Positions 49,229 through 58,329 of a stretch of 64,000 nucleotides of DNA are shown piece after piece. The stretch lies in contig JACPAV010000006.1 of assembly GCA_016180645.1 (NCBI GenBank), positions 62,001 through 126,000 on the forward strand. Direction: 5' to 3'. The notes beneath the pieces were generated by a model. It was not told where the DNA came from. It did not search any database and worked only from the letters and a program-made list of their open reading frames with translations. The position numbers were made by a program, and so were the translations under genes. Source of the stretch: Nitrospirota bacterium. GTDB lineage: Bacteria > JACPQY01. How positions within the stretch are numbered: the stretch's first letter is position 1; each line of letters begins with the position of its first letter.

Positions 49229-49504
49229 TCAAAGAGTTGTACCCACCGCCCAATACGTGACCGTGAGGCCGCACTTGAAGAAAGTCGCCTTCATCTCCGC
49301 CGCTGCGTCGCTCGGCCAGTAGCCGCCGACTTCTACCGTGAACTCGGCTTCAGCGCCACCTACCCCGTCCTTTGCCTCCGAGACGGCGAGAGGACCTTGG
49401 AACGCGTACCGCAATGTTGTGTGGGAGGATTCCGCCAGGCGGCGCTGAATGTCCGCAACTTTCTCCGGCGTTGGATACGGTTTGAACTGGACGAGGAGTT
49501 TCAT
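49229..49504 (-). CDS. Small hypothetical protein
   Basis: ATGA overlap with the metallophosphoesterase stop. Confidence 0.55.
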   Translation of the reverse strand: MKLLVQFKPYPTPEKVADIQRRLAESSHTTLRYAFQGPLAVSEAKDGVGGAEAEFTVEVGGYWPSDAAAEMKATFFKCGLTVTYWAVGTTL

Positions 49505-50223
49505 CGGCTTGGTATCGATAGCTCGATCACCATCCCGTCCGGCCCCGGATTCACGATCCGGGTGGAGCCGATGGAATCCTCCCGCCCGAAACACTCATGG
49601 AAGTGACCGCAGATGACGATGCGGGGCTTCAAGGATTCGACGATCCTACGCACCGCCTTGCTGCCGATGCGCTTGCCGTCTTTGGGCACCGTCCAAAGCG
49701 AGCCGGTCCAGATCGGCTCCAGACCACAACAGGCCGTGTCGGACGGCGGGAAGTGCGTGAGAAAAATCACCGGAAGGGCCGGGTCGACCTGCGCTTTCAG
49801 GGTGGGCAGGTAGCTCCCGTAGCACTCCTGGTCTTCTCCGAAGAGCGGGGATAGGTCGGTCGTGCCGTCTAGACCGGCAATCAGGACTCTCGTGCCCTCC
49901 GCCGCGCCGAACACGTCAACCTTGAGATCGACATACCGCAGGACCGGGAACGCCTTGGAGACCGCAGAGCAAATGGTTCCGTACTCGTGGTTCCCGGCGA
50001 TGAAGTAGATCGGGATTCCAGCCTCGCTGAGCATCTTGAAGGATGGATGGAGACCTTCCGATTCGATGGTGAAGTCCCCCGCGCACACGATGAACGACGC
50101 CCGGCTCTCTCGTGTGAGGCGGAGGACCTTCTGGATCGACTCGACTGAGGCGTGGTGGTCCGTGAACGCTACGAAGCGAACCGGCGGGGAGGACGTCCGC
50201 TCCTGTTGTTCCTTCACGGGCAT
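49501..50223 (-). CDS. Calcineurin-like metallophosphoesterase
   Basis: TDHH, AGDF, GNHE, THFPP, GHFHE, NPG. Confidence 0.9.
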   Translation of the reverse strand: MPVKEQQERTSSPPVRFVAFTDHHASVESIQKVLRLTRESRASFIVCAGDFTIESEGLHPSFKMLSEAGIPIYFIAGNHEYGTICSAVSKAFPVLRYVDLKVDVFGAAEGTRVLIAGLDGTTDLSPLFGEDQECYGSYLPTLKAQVDPALPVIFLTHFPPSDTACCGLEPIWTGSLWTVPKDGKRIGSKAVRRIVESLKPRIVICGHFHECFGREDSIGSTRIVNPGPDGMVIELSIPSR

Positions 50224-50247
50224 GACCTACCCGCAGCTTCCCGCAAC

Positions 50248-50493
50248 TCAATGCTTGGAGGAACCCGCATCGACCCGACGCTGGAGGGACATCGCCATCT
50301 CCAGCGCGTACTGGACACGATCCCGGAGTTGGACCCACTGGCGATGCACTCTCTCCATCCCGTTCACTCGGTCGCGAACAATGGTCAAGATCTGGATCAG
50401 ATCCTCCGCGTCGAACTCCTCATCCAAGGGAGGAGGGGCCGACCGTTTCGGCCGCCTCCCACTACCCCGCCCTTGGTTCGTTCTCTTACCCAC
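50248..50493 (-). CDS. Small helical/coiled-coil protein
   Basis: Overlaps the end of the nuclease gene; amphipathic helices. Confidence 0.5.
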   Translation of the reverse strand: MGKRTNQGRGSGRRPKRSAPPPLDEEFDAEDLIQILTIVRDRVNGMERVHRQWVQLRDRVQYALEMAMSLQRRVDAGSSKH

Positions 50494-51628
50494 GGCTGGT
50501 GAGGATCTCGAAGTCCTTGGGGGAGATCCGCCGTGTCATCTTGAGGAACCACCCCCAGGACCCTTCCGGGTTCCGACCCTCGAACGCATCGAGCTCGGCA
50601 CGCACCTTCGCGTTGAGCACCTTGGGTTGCTCGACGTACAGGTGGACATCACCCAGCCGGATGCCCCAAGGATACTTCTCCGGGATAGGCACCTCGGCGT
50701 GGAGCCCCTTTTCCGGCCTGGAGGCGATTCGGGCATGGGCAACCGCCCCCACGCCGCAGGCGTAGAAACAGATCTGATCGTTCTCCTTCATCTGCCTCCG
50801 GGCGGGGGACCGGTCCCCAAGGGCGAACACGCGCCCGACACCCACGAGGGAGCGGATGATCTCGGTGGCCTTCGATCCATTCGATCCGACCGGGGCCAGC
50901 CAGCAGGTAGGCTCATCGGCGGTGACCACCTTTTCAGTGGAGGGAGCCAATGCCGGCTTGGGGAGGGTGTCCGGCTCCCGGCGGGCCATCAGGCGGGCGA
51001 GGAGGTCCACCACGGGGTCGACGTCCGGCGTGGAAGGCCGGAGGATGGCCAGTACATCCTCATGGGTGGCCTCCTGCTCGTCCACCATCTCCGCGAGGGA
51101 GAGGAGGGATTCGACGGAGGCCACTCGGAGTTGATGGGTCCTCTTTTCTGCGATGATGGCGTTCTCAAGCTGTCGCACCTGGGGATCGGGCCGTCCGACG
51201 ACATACAGCCCCAGGGCGTGGTCCCAGCCGGGTATGACCCCTTGGGAGATGAGTTCATCCACGTACCCCACCAAGGCGGAGGTCTTGATGGCATAGGTTT
51301 CGGAGGTCTTCACCTCGATGACGAGGGAGAACCCTCCGGGAGATTTCCAGAGGCCGTCGAAGCCGACCTCTCCCCGGCCCCCGTTGTACCGGCCATAGGC
51401 GACATCGAACCCGAGGAGTTCCCCCAAACGGACCACCATATCCTGGAGCGCCCGGCTGGGCTGTTCGCCGGTCTCGCCGAGGCATTCCTCGATGTAGTCC
51501 CGGAGCTGGCCTACCTCCATGACGTTGCTCCGCAGATAGGACCGGAACCGCTCGCGCGGGGTGTTTTCGCCGGGGCTGTCGTCCAGCCTCCCGGCGAGGT
51601 CGAGTATCCGTTTCAAGCTGATCATCAT
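50486..51628 (-). CDS. PD-(D/E)XK restriction-endonuclease-like protein with C-terminal EVE/PUA-like domain
   Basis: FDGLW..IEVKTS; C-terminal MKENDQICFY..VAHARI..YPW; GGAGG RBS. Confidence 0.7.
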   Translation of the reverse strand: MMISLKRILDLAGRLDDSPGENTPRERFRSYLRSNVMEVGQLRDYIEECLGETGEQPSRALQDMVVRLGELLGFDVAYGRYNGGRGEVGFDGLWKSPGGFSLVIEVKTSETYAIKTSALVGYVDELISQGVIPGWDHALGLYVVGRPDPQVRQLENAIIAEKRTHQLRVASVESLLSLAEMVDEQEATHEDVLAILRPSTPDVDPVVDLLARLMARREPDTLPKPALAPSTEKVVTADEPTCWLAPVGSNGSKATEIIRSLVGVGRVFALGDRSPARRQMKENDQICFYACGVGAVAHARIASRPEKGLHAEVPIPEKYPWGIRLGDVHLYVEQPKVLNAKVRAELDAFEGRNPEGSWGWFLKMTRRISPKDFEILTSRG

Positions 51629-51730
51629 TTTCTACCTCCTTTACGTCTCTTTCCGTTCTCTCGGCCTCACTCAGCCAAGATGACTATTTGTCAACACCAA
51701 CGCTCTTGGGCCGCGACAAGTCAAGTACTT

Positions 51731-52207
51731 TCAAACAGATCGGGGCTTCATGGCCTGCTCGATTTCGGCCTTCCGAAGATGGGCAATGTAGGCAGGATTT
51801 GAGACGAGGTTGAAGGCGTAGGCGAGGGCCGGATTCAATTCGGAAGGGATCGGCGTGCCTGCTGGACCCAGGTGCCACAAGCGATCCGCGAAATCGTGAT
51901 CGCAGGAAACGACGCCGATGGGGTCAGGGAGGTCCGCGGTGACCTTGTCCAGTGTCCTTCCCGATAGGAAATGGGCGTAGAGGCCGTAAGCGGGGGGATC
52001 AGTGGAGCAACGGTGGATGACAACGCCCCGGTCGGAAGCCGTGTGCGATTTGAAGACGACGAGCCAATCGGGGGCGGGGAAAGAGTGTTGGCCCACCGCT
52101 GTCCGGGCCGTCGGCTGGATCGCCGCGCCGGCCGCCATATCGGCGGCCATCCGGAGGAACTCCCGCCGTTCGAGGTGTTTTGCACTGCTCGGTCTCTTGG
52201 CGTCCAT
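51731..52207 (-). CDS. Hypothetical protein with possible Tat motif
   Basis: ERREFLRMAA. Confidence 0.45.
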   Translation of the reverse strand: MDAKRPSSAKHLERREFLRMAADMAAGAAIQPTARTAVGQHSFPAPDWLVVFKSHTASDRGVVIHRCSTDPPAYGLYAHFLSGRTLDKVTADLPDPIGVVSCDHDFADRLWHLGPAGTPIPSELNPALAYAFNLVSNPAYIAHLRKAEIEQAMKPRSV

Positions 52208-52334
52208 TGGTCGCCATGGACGCTTCGTTCCCGCGAACAGTCAAGTCGATTCGGACGATTTCAGACTATGGGTTGCTATTCAGAACTCTTGGCCGAAGTT
52301 CGGGGAAGAGCAGCGAAGTAAGGGGATGGGGGGA

Positions 52335-52772
52335 TTACAGACAGCCGGTGGTGGTCTTGGAGCAGGTGCAGTCGCAGGAGTTCGCGCCAAGCGTACAAGG
52401 GTCCTTGGTGCCCATGCAGGTGGACTCGGCGGTGAATGCGACGGAACTCGATGAGGCCGATGAACTTTCGCATGAGGTGACGTTCACGCTGGCGTTCGCG
52501 GTCGTACAAACCGCCGTACAGCGGCAGTTCCAGTTGACCTTGGTCGTGGTGACGGTGGTTGTCGTCGCTGTGTCCGTTTGGCCGGTCTTGGAATCCTTCG
52601 TGGTGGTCGTTGTGCTTTTCGTAGAGCCTGAGCTGCTCGTGGTAGTGGCGGTCTCCTCGTCATCCCCGTCCAGGAGATCTTCCAACTCACCGCAGGCGAC
52701 GAGCGGTGCCATTAGGCAGAGGAGAATTGCAAATGTCTTCAACCCTGAAGAACGAACTTTTGCTTGCATCAT
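52335..52772 (-). CDS. Cys-rich lipoprotein with Thr/Ser linker
   Basis: LVAC lipobox, Thr-rich tract, WNCRCTAVC. Confidence 0.7.
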   Translation of the reverse strand: MMQAKVRSSGLKTFAILLCLMAPLVACGELEDLLDGDDEETATTTSSSGSTKSTTTTTKDSKTGQTDTATTTTVTTTKVNWNCRCTAVCTTANASVNVTSCESSSASSSSVAFTAESTCMGTKDPCTLGANSCDCTCSKTTTGCL

Positions 52773-53626
52773 TTACAAAGATTTCGGGCGCAGGTCTTGG
52801 CAGTCGCAGAACACCCACAAGTCCCGCACGAGAGTTTTGCCGTCCCGGTTGGACATTGGTAGGAAACGACATCTTGGGAGCAATTTCCTGCGGCCGTTGT
52901 CGCGACCGTGGCCTTATCAGTATTGTCCAAGGCGCATTCGACGCCTGATGCATTGCCTATGATGATGGCCCCGCCTCTTGGTATTGTAATCGTCCTACTC
53001 GGAATCTGATTGGTACCCTGGCAAGTTACGTCGCAATTGCAGCTCCATTCTGCGCATGCGACAGGCTTCGTGTCGTCGTTGTCTGTTCCTCCGGAGACCT
53101 TGTCAACGTAGGAATCACAGTCCACATCGGGGCCACAAACATGATTCTTGGGATCGATGACTTTGGGAGAGTACTGGAAATTGATAGGGGCGGGTGGGGA
53201 GGGAGGGTCGATCACAATGACTGAACCAACTTGCGCTGCCTTCTGTTCGGGCTTTTCAAAACAATCCACGGTGAACAACTTGTAAGACCCAGCTGAAACT
53301 TGGGAAAAAGTGAATGTGCCATCCGAGTCCGTTAAGGTAGCTGCATTGGACGCTGATTTTTCAGTGGCGGAATCGACCAGAGCCAGTGGGAACTTCGAAA
53401 TCGGAGAACCATCGCAAGTTCGTTTGACCGTACCAGAGATCGACACGGTAGGAGGTGGAGGCGCCGCCGCCGTGGTCAGATCTGTGTCTCCTTGCTCCGG
53501 GTCGCCGCTACACGACATAGCGAGGGCGAGGAAAGTAGCAAGAAAATATGTGCGTGCGCCAGCCCGGCCTCTCTGGACATTGCCTCGCATCTTGGCTTGG
53601 CATCGATAAGACCCCCAGTATTCCAT
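52769..53626 (-). CDS. Cys-rich lipoprotein with carboxypeptidase-regulatory-like beta-sandwich
   Basis: AMSC lipobox, ISGTV..TDSDGTFTF..GSYKL, WSCNCDVTC; start may be 53590. Confidence 0.7.
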   Translation of the reverse strand: MEYWGSYRCQAKMRGNVQRGRAGARTYFLATFLALAMSCSGDPEQGDTDLTTAAAPPPPTVSISGTVKRTCDGSPISKFPLALVDSATEKSASNAATLTDSDGTFTFSQVSAGSYKLFTVDCFEKPEQKAAQVGSVIVIDPPSPPAPINFQYSPKVIDPKNHVCGPDVDCDSYVDKVSGGTDNDDTKPVACAEWSCNCDVTCQGTNQIPSRTITIPRGGAIIIGNASGVECALDNTDKATVATTAAGNCSQDVVSYQCPTGTAKLSCGTCGCSATAKTCARNLCK

Positions 53627-53727
53627 GTGTAGGGCGGAGAATACGTCCTATGGATAGAATAAGTCAAGTCCTCTCTGTGTATTGGGATGTTCCGGGCCGG
53701 AGTCTGGCGGCCAATAATCGGGCCACG

Positions 53728-54066
53728 GTGGACCAGAAGGACAAGATCAAGGCCCTCGTGGGTGACCGGATGCAATCGCTTCGAAAGGCGAAGGGTCTGA
53801 CTCAGGGAGAGTTGTCCGAGAGGGTGGGCATCTCCGACAAGTACCTCTCGAACGTCGAGTGCGGACGGGAAAACCCGACGCTGGACACTCTCCTCGGCGT
53901 AGCCGCGGCCCTAGGCGTTCCGATCTGGGAATTCTTTGCAATCCAGGAAGCAAGCCTTTCTGACGTGGACAAGGTGAAGACGGCCCAATCGCTCTTGAAG
54001 AAGGCTGCCCCGAAAGACGTCGATATCGTTCTCCGCCTCCTCCGCGAGATCGGAATCAAGCCTTAG
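53728..54066 (+). CDS. XRE-family HTH regulator
   Basis: LRKAKGLTQGELSERVGISDKYLSNVECGRENPTL. Confidence 0.9.
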   Translation: MDQKDKIKALVGDRMQSLRKAKGLTQGELSERVGISDKYLSNVECGRENPTLDTLLGVAAALGVPIWEFFAIQEASLSDVDKVKTAQSLLKKAAPKDVDIVLRLLREIGIKP

Positions 54067-54331
54067 CTGGGGGACGCCGGGGTGAGATCCGGCGGCCACG
54101 TTATCGCCGCGAGCGTCGCAGCCCAAGGACGAGTTCGTAGGCGTCTTGCGCGTGGTCGCGGAGGTCGGCGCATTCCCGCTTCGTTCCAAGGGCAAGTCAA
54201 ATCGTTTCGGATTCGACATAGGTCTGGACAAGCGTGGTTCGCGGGTGGCGAATGGGCGGTCGATTCACCTTCGATTCCCGCGCGGTGTACACGACCTCTC
54301 AAATTAGCGAAAATCAGGGTATAGTTGGGTC

Positions 54332-54565
54332 ATGAGTTTGCCAGGCCGAATTGCCGTTGATCCCAATTACTGTGGCGGGCGGCCCCATTTCCGGGGCACG
54401 CGAGTACCGGTCTATGTGGTGTTGGAGATGCTCGCGAATCGCGAGGACACGAATGAAATTCTATCCGAATATCCCAATCTTACCGCCGAGGATCTCCGGG
54501 ACGCGCTTGTGTACGCCAAGCAACTGGCTGAGATTCCGGGAGCGCCGTTAGCCGTCGGCTCCTGA
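54332..54565 (+). CDS. DUF433 antitoxin
   Basis: DPNYCGGRPHFRGTRVPV..EYPNLT.ED. Confidence 0.92.
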   Translation: MSLPGRIAVDPNYCGGRPHFRGTRVPVYVVLEMLANREDTNEILSEYPNLTAEDLRDALVYAKQLAEIPGAPLAVGS

Positions 54566-54599
54566 TCGCCGATCTCTGCATACGGCCCGAGCGGTCGCC

Positions 54600-54944
54600 G
54601 TGAAGATCATCGTCGACAACAACCTGCCAGCCAGTCTCGCTCACCTAATCCGTTCGGCCGGCTTCGACGCATCGCATGTTGTTGAGATCGGAATGGGATC
54701 TGCGAGTGACGCCGAGATACGCCGGAAATACGATCAGGAGAATATCATCTTCGTTTCTCGCGATTCCGATTTCTGGTTTCAGCGGCCGAAAGGTTGGTCA
54801 GTAGCTTGGATATCCGTTCACAACCCCACGCTTGCCCAATTGCGGGGACCCATCGCCCAGCGACTGAAGGAAGCATTGCCGAGAATGACGCCGGGGTCGA
54901 GGATGATGGTGACGGAGCAGGCGGTGGTCTTCTACAGCGGCTAG
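54600..54944 (+). CDS. DUF5615 PIN-like toxin
   Basis: IIVDNNLP, SDAEI, SRDSDF; follows DUF433. Confidence 0.88.
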   Translation: MKIIVDNNLPASLAHLIRSAGFDASHVVEIGMGSASDAEIRRKYDQENIIFVSRDSDFWFQRPKGWSVAWISVHNPTLAQLRGPIAQRLKEALPRMTPGSRMMVTEQAVVFYSG

Positions 54945-55024
54945 GGAGTAGATTCCTCCGCGGCACCTAGATTCATTGGCGATGCGTTGGGTTTGGCCTT
55001 CACGTGCCGGCGGCGAGAGGCTGG

Positions 55025-55600
55025 CTATAACCCTATTCCCTTGAGCGCCTTGTTGACCACGCGGTCCGACAGTTTGCCGACAACTTTCCGACCAATTCCG
55101 TCGATCACGCGCCCGGCCTCATCGGTCGCTTGCTCTTTGCCTACCACACTCGCCCGACCGGCCACGTAGCCGCCCAAGGCGGCTAAGCAAATACCACCAC
55201 CTATAACCCAAGGACTGGCCCACCAAGGCCGGGAGACCGAAGCCGGCACCTGTCGGCTTCGATCGTCTCGTTGAAACCGCAAGCCCGTGATCATTCTCGT
55301 CACCCCGTCCATCTTGGCGTTGAGAGAGGCGATTTGGTCGGCGGAGTAATCATGGGAAACAGCCGAGGGCTCAGGGGTGGGTGGGTTCAAGATTTCCGGC
55401 ATGGGTGCCTCCCATTGAGGGTTACCCCCAGGGGTAGGGGTAGGGCTCCCGAACCGTTGCATCGGCGCCGCCGGCGGCCTCGGCCGGAATTCGCACCGGC
55501 CCATGTGCCCGTTCGCCTGGTCGGATTCGTCATACGCCCTATCGCAGTACGGGCACGGGAACTTTCCTTCGGTGTTCCTCACGGGTTTCAATCTGCTCAT
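55025..55600 (-). CDS. Zinc-finger (C2HC) protein with Pro-rich linker and TM helix
   Basis: FPCPYCDRAY..GHMGRC; WVIGGGICLAALGGYVAG; AGGAGG RBS. Confidence 0.65.
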   Translation of the reverse strand: MSRLKPVRNTEGKFPCPYCDRAYDESDQANGHMGRCEFRPRPPAAPMQRFGSPTPTPGGNPQWEAPMPEILNPPTPEPSAVSHDYSADQIASLNAKMDGVTRMITGLRFQRDDRSRQVPASVSRPWWASPWVIGGGICLAALGGYVAGRASVVGKEQATDEAGRVIDGIGRKVVGKLSDRVVNKALKGIGL

Positions 55601-55798
55601 TGCGTGTCCTCCTTTCGCAGAGGTTGGTGGCTGTGGTGGTGGCTGTCGGCTCGTAAGGCCGGGCCATGGTGGTCCGACGCCGTCAATGACGGCGGTGGCG
55701 CGACATGGGTGAATAACTTCGAACTTTCGCAGACAAATCCGATTCCGTCGGGGATCGTCAAACAGTAGGAAAGACGTGAGGATCGAGGGCTGGAAGTG

Positions 55799-55837
55799 TT
55801 ATGAGACCCTCGCTCTGCCATTGAGCTACGCCGGCGA
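55799..55837 (-). repeat. att site: displaced 5' half of tRNA(CAT)
   Basis: ttatgagaccctcgctctgccattgagctacgccggcga versus 38973-39011. Confidence 0.92.
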
Positions 55838-55943
55838 GCATTCGTAAAATGGACTCGGCACGTCCCCCTGTCAATGAGCGAAACGCGTGATCCACGTTCA
55901 CCGCTCAATGGCGACGAACTGAACGCCATGAAAACCTATCGCG

Positions 55944-56001
55944 GCCATTGAGCTACGCCAACAATCGCTCGTAAGATGCACTCGGCGCGCGCGACTGTCA
56001 A
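55944..56001 (-). repeat. Second, decayed tRNA 5' fragment with its promoter
   Basis: 58-nt colinear match to 55817-55874 including TTGACA and GGCGTAGCTCAATGGC. Confidence 0.8.
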
Positions 56002-56133
56002 CAAATGGAAACTTAGTTGTGATTGCATTCAGGGTCATCACGAGGTCGCTCGGAACTGGTCCAGCATCGATCGCGAGACACACTCAGCGTGATAGGACGA
56101 CTTCCCGAGAATTGCGGAATAGCCGCCGACGGG

Positions 56134-56188
56134 GTCTACAAGCCTGGAGAACCGCGAATTCCTACTTTCTTCCGACTTCGCCCCCAAT
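56134..56188 (-). repeat. 55-bp dispersed repeat, copy 2
   Basis: Inverted copy of 27378-27432. Confidence 0.85.
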
Positions 56189-56440
56189 CCATCATCGGCC
56201 ATGACCCGTAAAACGAGTTGAACATTGAGGATAGTGGAGGTAGAGTGTTCCCTCATGGGGAGCAGCAAGCATCCTGGTCTCCGTTCCGGCGGAGTTTCTC
56301 TTACGTCCAGAATCATGCCTACGTCGAAAATGCCAGCTCATCCTCAACAACTCGCGGTCCAGCGTTCCCAGGCTACAAGATCATTCTCATGGTTCGCGTG
56401 TGGGCAGCAGTCCATTACAACTGACCCTAATCCTATCCGC

Positions 56441-58270
56441 ATGGGCAGCACCCAACGAGCGGTTTTCCGGGTCCTAGCGCTCATCACGTTCTGTGCCTTG
56501 CCATCCTGCGGTTCATCGCCGGGCGACGCAACGACTCCCATGGTCGATCTCGCGGCTCCTGCGGGACTTGCTGCATCGGCGGGGAACGGCGGAGTGACGC
56601 TTTCGTGGAACGCGGCGACCGGGGCAACGGGTTACAAGGTCTACTACGGCACGTCTTCCACCAGCTTGAACCCGTCGGTCATTTCAACCGGGACGAAGGC
56701 TACAATTGGAAGCCTGACGAACGGGACGACCTACTATTTCGCCGTGTCGAGTACGGCGGGCCCGTTCGAGGGCCTGAAGAGCAGCACCGTGAGCGCGACG
56801 CCAACCGGCACGTCACAGGAAGTGATCCTCTCCGCTCCCACGGGTCTGGCCGCCGCGGTCGGCGACAAGCAGATCAGCCTAGCGTGGAATGCGGTGACCG
56901 GCGCATTGAGCTACAAGGCGTACTATGGGACAGCCCAGGACCAGTTGACCACGACGCTCGCCGTGACGACGACGACCGTGACCGTCACGGGACTCACGAA
57001 CGGAACCACGTACTACTTTGGGGTTGCTGCCATTTCGGGCTCGACCGAGAGCGCGAAAAGCGTCGTCGTATCGGCCAAACCGACGGACGTGGCGGACACG
57101 ACCGCGCCGACGTTCGCGGGACTATCCGCGGCAACGGCCACGTCCGCGAGTCAGATCGATCTTGCCTGGACGGCCGCTGCGGACAACGTAAGCATGGCGT
57201 CGGCGATCGTGTACAAGATCTGCCAATCCACAACGTCGGGGACCTGCGGTGCGAGTTTCACGGCCACGTACACCACGAGCGTCGGCGTTACGTCCTATTC
57301 GGCAACGGGTCTCTCAGCGGGCACAGCATACTACTTTGTCGCGCACGCGGTGGATGAGGCGGGAAATGCGGATTCAAATACTCTTCAGAAGAGCGCAACG
57401 ACGAAGGCGCCTTCTTTCGGTGCGTGCAACAGCCAAGCCTTCGAGTGCTGCGTGACGGAGGCGTACGACTGCATGATCGCCATCCCCGCGGGCACGTTCG
57501 TCCAGGGGTCGAAGTCCGGAGAAGGCGATACCGACGAAAAGCCCCGCCGACTCGTGACGCTTTCGAACTACTACATCGACAAGTACGAAGTGACGAACGC
57601 GAACTTCAAGGCGTGTGTCACCGCCGGGGAATGCACGGCGCCGTCAGGGGCGAATTCGTACACACGCACCACGTACTATGGCAACGCCACGTATGACAAC
57701 TACCCGGTGATCAAAGTGAACCACCTGCAGGGCGTGGACTACTGCAGGTGGAAAGGGCGGCGGCTTCCGACGGAGGCGGAGTGGGAAAAGGCGGCGCGGG
57801 GTCCGGCGGATGGTAGCCTCGTGGGCCTCACGAGCGGCCAGTGCACCTCCGCGGACGCGGCGGGCACGGGCCGCAACGTCAATTGCAATCTCCGGCCCTA
57901 TCCCTGGGGCGGGACGATCACCTCGAGCGAGCCCTATGCCACGGGTGCGGACTGCACGAACGGGAACGTCTCATCGGATTGTGTCGGCGATACGAGTCTG
58001 GTCGGGAGCTACCCCACCGGCGCCTCGCCGTATGGCGTGCTCGACATGGCCGGGAACGTGTTTGAATGGGTGAAGGATGGGTACGATTCAGCCTATTACG
58101 CCTCGGCACCCTCGACTGACCCACCGGGGCCGACGAGTGGGACCACTCCGGTGTGGCGCGGCGGCTCGTGGGCCTGGGACTCAGGCAGCGTGCGCTCTGC
58201 GGACCGCAACAGCGCCTCTTTGCAGTTTACGAAAGGCGAGTTCGGGTTTCGTTGTTCCAGGACGCCATGA
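56441..58270 (+). CDS. Lipoprotein with three fibronectin type III repeats and a C-terminal FGE-sulfatase (SUMF1/EgtB/PvdO) domain
   Basis: LPSC lipobox, LTNGTTYYF repeats, RLPTEAEWEKAARG, DMAGNVFEW, RGGSW, GFRC. Confidence 0.9.
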   Translation: MGSTQRAVFRVLALITFCALPSCGSSPGDATTPMVDLAAPAGLAASAGNGGVTLSWNAATGATGYKVYYGTSSTSLNPSVISTGTKATIGSLTNGTTYYFAVSSTAGPFEGLKSSTVSATPTGTSQEVILSAPTGLAAAVGDKQISLAWNAVTGALSYKAYYGTAQDQLTTTLAVTTTTVTVTGLTNGTTYYFGVAAISGSTESAKSVVVSAKPTDVADTTAPTFAGLSAATATSASQIDLAWTAAADNVSMASAIVYKICQSTTSGTCGASFTATYTTSVGVTSYSATGLSAGTAYYFVAHAVDEAGNADSNTLQKSATTKAPSFGACNSQAFECCVTEAYDCMIAIPAGTFVQGSKSGEGDTDEKPRRLVTLSNYYIDKYEVTNANFKACVTAGECTAPSGANSYTRTTYYGNATYDNYPVIKVNHLQGVDYCRWKGRRLPTEAEWEKAARGPADGSLVGLTSGQCTSADAAGTGRNVNCNLRPYPWGGTITSSEPYATGADCTNGNVSSDCVGDTSLVGSYPTGASPYGVLDMAGNVFEWVKDGYDSAYYASAPSTDPPGPTSGTTPVWRGGSWAWDSGSVRSADRNSASLQFTKGEFGFRCSRTP

Positions 58271-58329
58271 CCAAGCATTACTTACCATGCAACCGAGCCC
58301 TGATTCCCATGATACTTTTCCCATCCTCT

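Larger units (their letters stand above)
38973..55837. mobile_element. tRNA-integrated genomic island (~16.8 kb, defence-rich)
   Basis: 39-bp direct repeats 38973-39011 and 55799-55837 (1 mismatch); integrase and excisionase at the left end. Confidence 0.9.

Noticed and set aside
50036-51802. 588-aa plus-strand ORF and similar long antisense ORFs (e.g. 12742-13989, 41684-42889)
   Set aside because: Shadow frames opposite well-supported genes in GC-rich DNA.
39040-55800. Prophage or ICE call for the island
   Set aside because: No terminase, capsid, tail, relaxase or type IV secretion genes recognised.
57470-58270. FGE/C-type-lectin domain as a diversity-generating retroelement target
   Set aside because: No reverse transcriptase and no adenine-variant template repeat of its 3' end seen in the window.
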